Below the pieces are notes generated by a model, which searched no databases, was not told the DNA's origin, and saw only the letters and a list, made by a program, of their open reading frames with translations. The position numbers were made by a program, and so were the translations under genes. From a bacterium (GTDB taxonomy: Bacteria > Zhuqueibacterota > Zhuqueibacteria > Residuimicrobiales > Krinioviventaceae): 64,000 bases of DNA. The stretch covers positions 320,001-384,000 of the forward strand of contig OY843751.1 of assembly GCA_963693055.1 (NCBI GenBank), in the 5' to 3' direction. This document shows, in pieces, positions 63,398 through 64,000 of this stretch. How positions within the stretch are numbered: position 1 is the stretch's first letter; each line of letters begins with the position of its first letter.

Positions 63398-64000
63398 ATG
63401 AAAAAAAGTGTATTTATAATAGTTGTTATGTTTACAAGTAGTGTTCTTTCTGGGGATAATCAGTTTTTATCTTTGGATTCCTCAGCCTTCTGGCAGCCCG
63501 TCGATTATCATGGGCATGGGATTGTGACTGTGAATGACGGTACCCTTGTGCTGGGCAAAGGCGAGACAGTAACCGGGGTAAAATGGACTGGCGGGGAGCT
63601 GCCCACATTCCAATACGAGATTAGTTTTGAAGCCAAGCGCACCAGCGGAAATGATTTTTTCTGTGCACTGACCTTTCCGGTGGATTCCAGTTTTGCCACA
63701 CTGGTATTGGGTGGCTGGCAGGGCAATGTTACGGGACTGAGCTGTATTAACGGCATGGATGCCGCGCGCAATTTTACCTGTACGTTTATGAAATATGAAA
63801 ACCAGCAGTGGTACGCGGTCAGGTTAGAGGTAACGGATGATGCTGTAAGGGCCTGGGTAGATGACAAGCGAGTGGTGGAGGTCTTTCGCGCGGATGGCGC
63901 GTTCTCTTTGCGGGACGAGATGGAGATATGTAAGCCCCTGGGGTTCGCAAGCTGGAAAAGCAGCGGCGAGATTCGGAATATCCGGTTAAAAGTGCTAAAA
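63398..64000 (+). CDS. DUF1080 (3-keto-disaccharide hydrolase-like) protein, runs off the window end
   Basis: Open frame not in the ORF track: MKKSVFII..., YEISFEAKR.SGNDFFC.LTFPV, GGW.G.VTGLS.ING, EIRNIRLK. Confidence 0.8.
   Translation, partial: MKKSVFIIVVMFTSSVLSGDNQFLSLDSSAFWQPVDYHGHGIVTVNDGTLVLGKGETVTGVKWTGGELPTFQYEISFEAKRTSGNDFFCALTFPVDSSFATLVLGGWQGNVTGLSCINGMDAARNFTCTFMKYENQQWYAVRLEVTDDAVRAWVDDKRVVEVFRADGAFSLRDEMEICKPLGFASWKSSGEIRNIRLKVLK

Noticed and set aside
199-63867. Many 60-170 aa ORFs overlapping larger genes (e.g. 63508-63867 minus)
   Set aside because: Shadow frames of well-supported CDSs, with no RBS or motif support

Overview
Bacterial chromosomal window, probably from an FCB-superphylum lineage such as KSB1, Calditrichota or Ignavibacteria (inferred from NYPNPFNP-type secretion tails, PorV-family barrel and TonB receptors, with sigma70-like promoters and SD sites). 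Left to right: an iron/heme/B12-type uptake operon; a palindrome-rich spacer; AT-rich small ORFs bracketed by one REP-like palindrome family; a long minus-strand carbohydrate region with GH-like proteins and a TolB/TPR CxxCH plus Rid/Hyg5-like pair; a SusD-less glycan-uptake operon (TonB receptor, large secreted partner, dedicated PorV, C-type lectin lipoprotein, chaperone, triple-repeat secreted protein) beside a hybrid two-component sensor and LacI, with visible operator motifs; pgm; a decayed Rhs toxin/immunity remnant hit by IS5; a secreted caspase-fold protease; GH92; a RAYT locus with a REP-bracketed cargo gene; TehA and a porin; an aminotransferase; a second TonB receptor pair; and a DUF1080 gene cut by the window end. 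No rRNA, tRNA or CRISPR array seen. Best leads: the SusD-less TBDR/PorV module with tandem start-less perfect SD elements, and the REP-delimited gene cassettes. All family calls come from motif recognition by eye, not database searches.
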